Part shown: piece by piece, positions 62,401 through 64,000 of the stretch
How the letters are laid out: each line of letters begins with the position of its first letter
How positions within the stretch are numbered: the stretch's first letter is position 1
Source of the DNA: Amoebophrya sp. A120
Taxonomy: Eukaryota > Protista > Dinoflagellata
Direction of reading: 5' to 3'
DNA: 64,000 nucleotides
Assembly: GCA_905178155.1 (NCBI GenBank)
Contig: CAJINV010000012.1
Span: forward strand, 615,271-679,270
Translations under genes and position numbers: made by a program
Notes under the pieces: model-generated
The model's database searches: none
Told to the model about the DNA's origin: nothing
The model's input: only the letters and a program-made list of their open reading frames with translations

Positions 62401-64000
62401 TCACCATACGGAGCAGGCAAACCGTATGCATTGCAAAAGTAAATCGTACTCGTGTAAATGCATTACAAATTTCCTCAGCGTAAAATTTGTAATGCGGATT
62501 TACCTTAAGAGCAAGGTTTGTAATGTATGTTTGCGATTACTACGAGTACGATACTTTTGCACAGGATAAACGGCATTCACGGTCGACACGAGGACGAGAA
62601 CCACGGTCGAAAAGTCGGATCAAATGCAAATGTGTATGGGTCTGGAAACTTGTGATGCTAGTTCGTGAATGGTAGGCAACCTCCGTTAAGGGGCCACGCA
62701 TGACAAGTTTCTGTGCAGCTACTTCTTGCATAACCTGCATGAGAAGCTGCGTTTTTGCATGACACAAAAGAGATGTTGGTATAGCACATCACGCATCACA
62801 GCTTTTGCTCTCCTGTGTGCCAAGCATGACAAATCTCGCAATCGCAATCTTCCAGACCCAGACATATTTGCATTTGATAAGTCGAAAAGTAAGTCCAATT
62901 TGTCGAGTCTGGGCTGGTGTTGAACAAAACTTCCGCTATTCTGCTGCTGATGCTGATGTCCTCTGTTCCTGTTCCCCCCACCGCCACCGATCCGGTCGTG
63001 CGTCGCGCTCTGCCAGTTGATCCGACCACCGTTATTTTGATGATTTCCACCGCCTGGCGTCGGAGCCGGGTGTTGATGATTTGCGCTGCGCAGCCCCATG
63101 AACACCCGGAGGGACTCGCCGTTGTGGTGAAACACCGCGTTCAAAGCCGTGAAGAAAACGAAAAAGGTTTGGAAGAAAAGGAAAAAAACCGTCACCCAGA
63201 GGCCGACCTGGTTCAGGGTGCGAGAAGTGTAGACCAGCGGGGAGGGGTCGATCACGGTCTTTAGATCTGATGTGTGTTTTTTTTTTTTACGTGAGTAACT
63301 GAACTGTTCTTACACGGACGAAGATGTTGTGCCGCAGCATCCGATGATCTTTGAAGGAGGAGGATATCATGCTCATCAACATCATTTTCATCGTACATAA
63401 AAATATACTACCTGAAACTGACTGCAACACTGGGCCCTTGATATTCTGTCCGCCACCGCCCCCCTTCAAATTTGCGGCACGGCTCGTCATCTCGGTTCCA
63501 TTTCCGTTGGCCACCAAGCCGCCCAGCTGCTCCGCGAGCGTCTTCCCAAAATTCGGCATGGCGACCCGCAAGATACAGGTAAAAACACACCAGAGGAGGA
63601 GCAAGACACACCCGACGACGAGAAAAACCGTCGTGAGAGTTTCCCGTGCAGAGTGGGCGTCCAACACGCCGGATACAGCGCTGTTGTTCATCCCATGTTG
63701 ATGACTTCCGCTTGAAGGTGTTCCCCCTCCATAATTTACCGGCCAATTCTTGCTCACATACAAAACCGCCACGTTTCCGATCAGCAAACCCAGACAGACT
63801 ATCAAAGCGTAATTCAAGTGGTGCGCGCTATGGATGTGTCAGGTTTGAAATCGACAAAGTTGAAATAATTTGTCATGCATAAAATGGATACCAGTTGGGA
63901 GACCAATTTCCAAGCGGCGCATGACAAATTTTCCGAGCACCGAAGTCCAATTTGTCATGCTGTTTGGGCACAGAAGACTGCTTTTGTCATGCTCCTTTAG
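59409..64000 (-). CDS. multi-pass membrane protein, 5' end outside the window
   Basis: Several hydrophobic helices (YALIVCLGLLIGNVAVLYV, TVFLVVGCVLLLLWCVF, VWLFIFCLLMLFVITFY, SLLFALLLTYYMGFLLVCF, QYLLLLVFHAV). The frame from about 61520 to the stop at 59409 is restored by introner removal. Confidence 0.7.
59586..59899. mobile_element. introner family J
   Basis: TIRs; TSD tgtaa/tgtaa. Confidence 0.92.
60004..60212. mobile_element. introner family C
   Basis: TIRs; TSD tgcag/tgcag. Confidence 0.93.
60345..60503. mobile_element. introner family B
   Basis: TIRs; TSD tcgtc/tcgcc. Confidence 0.9.
60530..60791. mobile_element. introner family A, interior A1
   Basis: TIRs; TSD tggcc/tggcc. Confidence 0.93.
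60828..61052. mobile_element. introner family L (TATC...GAAAAAAGTGTxACAGTTA)
   Basis: TIRs; TSD gagaa/gagaa; frame restored (GFLL|VCFNL). Confidence 0.88.
61165..61336. mobile_element. introner family B, diverged
   Basis: TIRs; TSD tggtt/gggtt. Confidence 0.85.
61343..61491. mobile_element. introner family B
   Basis: TIRs; TSD ggtta/ggtta; only 6 nt from the previous element. Confidence 0.92.
61540..61800. other. intron rich in introner boxes but lacking paired TIRs (left boundary uncertain, 61528-61540)
   Basis: Many GCATNACA/TGTNATGC boxes; ends GATA at 61800; possible TSD ttgta/ccgta. Confidence 0.6.
62425..62567. mobile_element. introner family B
   Basis: TIRs; TSD approximately aaccg/aacgg (right end +/-1 nt). 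Confidence 0.88.
62618..62879. mobile_element. introner family A (left end GATC)
   Basis: TIRs; TSD agtcg/agtcg. Confidence 0.9.
63267..63411 (-). other. canonical GT-AG intron
   Basis: tca g|GTAGTA...CATCAG|at cta joins ORFs 63287-63817 and 62719-63255 in frame. Confidence 0.75.
63829..64000. mobile_element. introner family J, truncated by the window end
   Basis: Left TIR; interior is the reverse complement of the right part of 48857-49164. Confidence 0.9.

Noticed and set aside
1-64000. tRNA/rRNA genes or relic dinoflagellate spliced-leader sequences
   Set aside because: None were recognised by eye. tRNAscan-SE or Rfam would be needed to exclude them.

Overview
Eukaryotic, gene-dense DNA, most consistent with a parasitic dinoflagellate of the Amoebophrya (Syndiniales) type. 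This assignment is inferred from intron architecture, not from a database search. About eight protein-coding genes lie on the minus strand: a NEK-like kinase, PCID2/Thp1, SmE, a giant DPH6 with RidA-like domains, an unknown RS-tailed protein, an unknown secreted protein, a secreted FkbM-like methyltransferase and a membrane protein. Their coding regions are interrupted by about 55 non-canonical introners of 143-318 bp in roughly 12 terminal-inverted-repeat (TIR) families. These start TAT(C/G), end (C/G)ATA, lack GT-AG and are flanked by 5-bp target-site duplications (TSDs). Removing each element plus one TSD copy restores the frame at the junctions translated (one exception, at 48113) and gives whole codon counts for three fully modelled genes. 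Families with unrelated TIRs share an internal GCATNACA/TGTNATGC box, often 33 or 40-44 bp from the terminus, and occur in both orientations. This suggests one shared mobilisation and/or splicing machinery. A few ordinary GT-AG introns coexist with them. No autonomous transposase was recognised. Coordinates were counted by hand and may be off by 1-2 nt.
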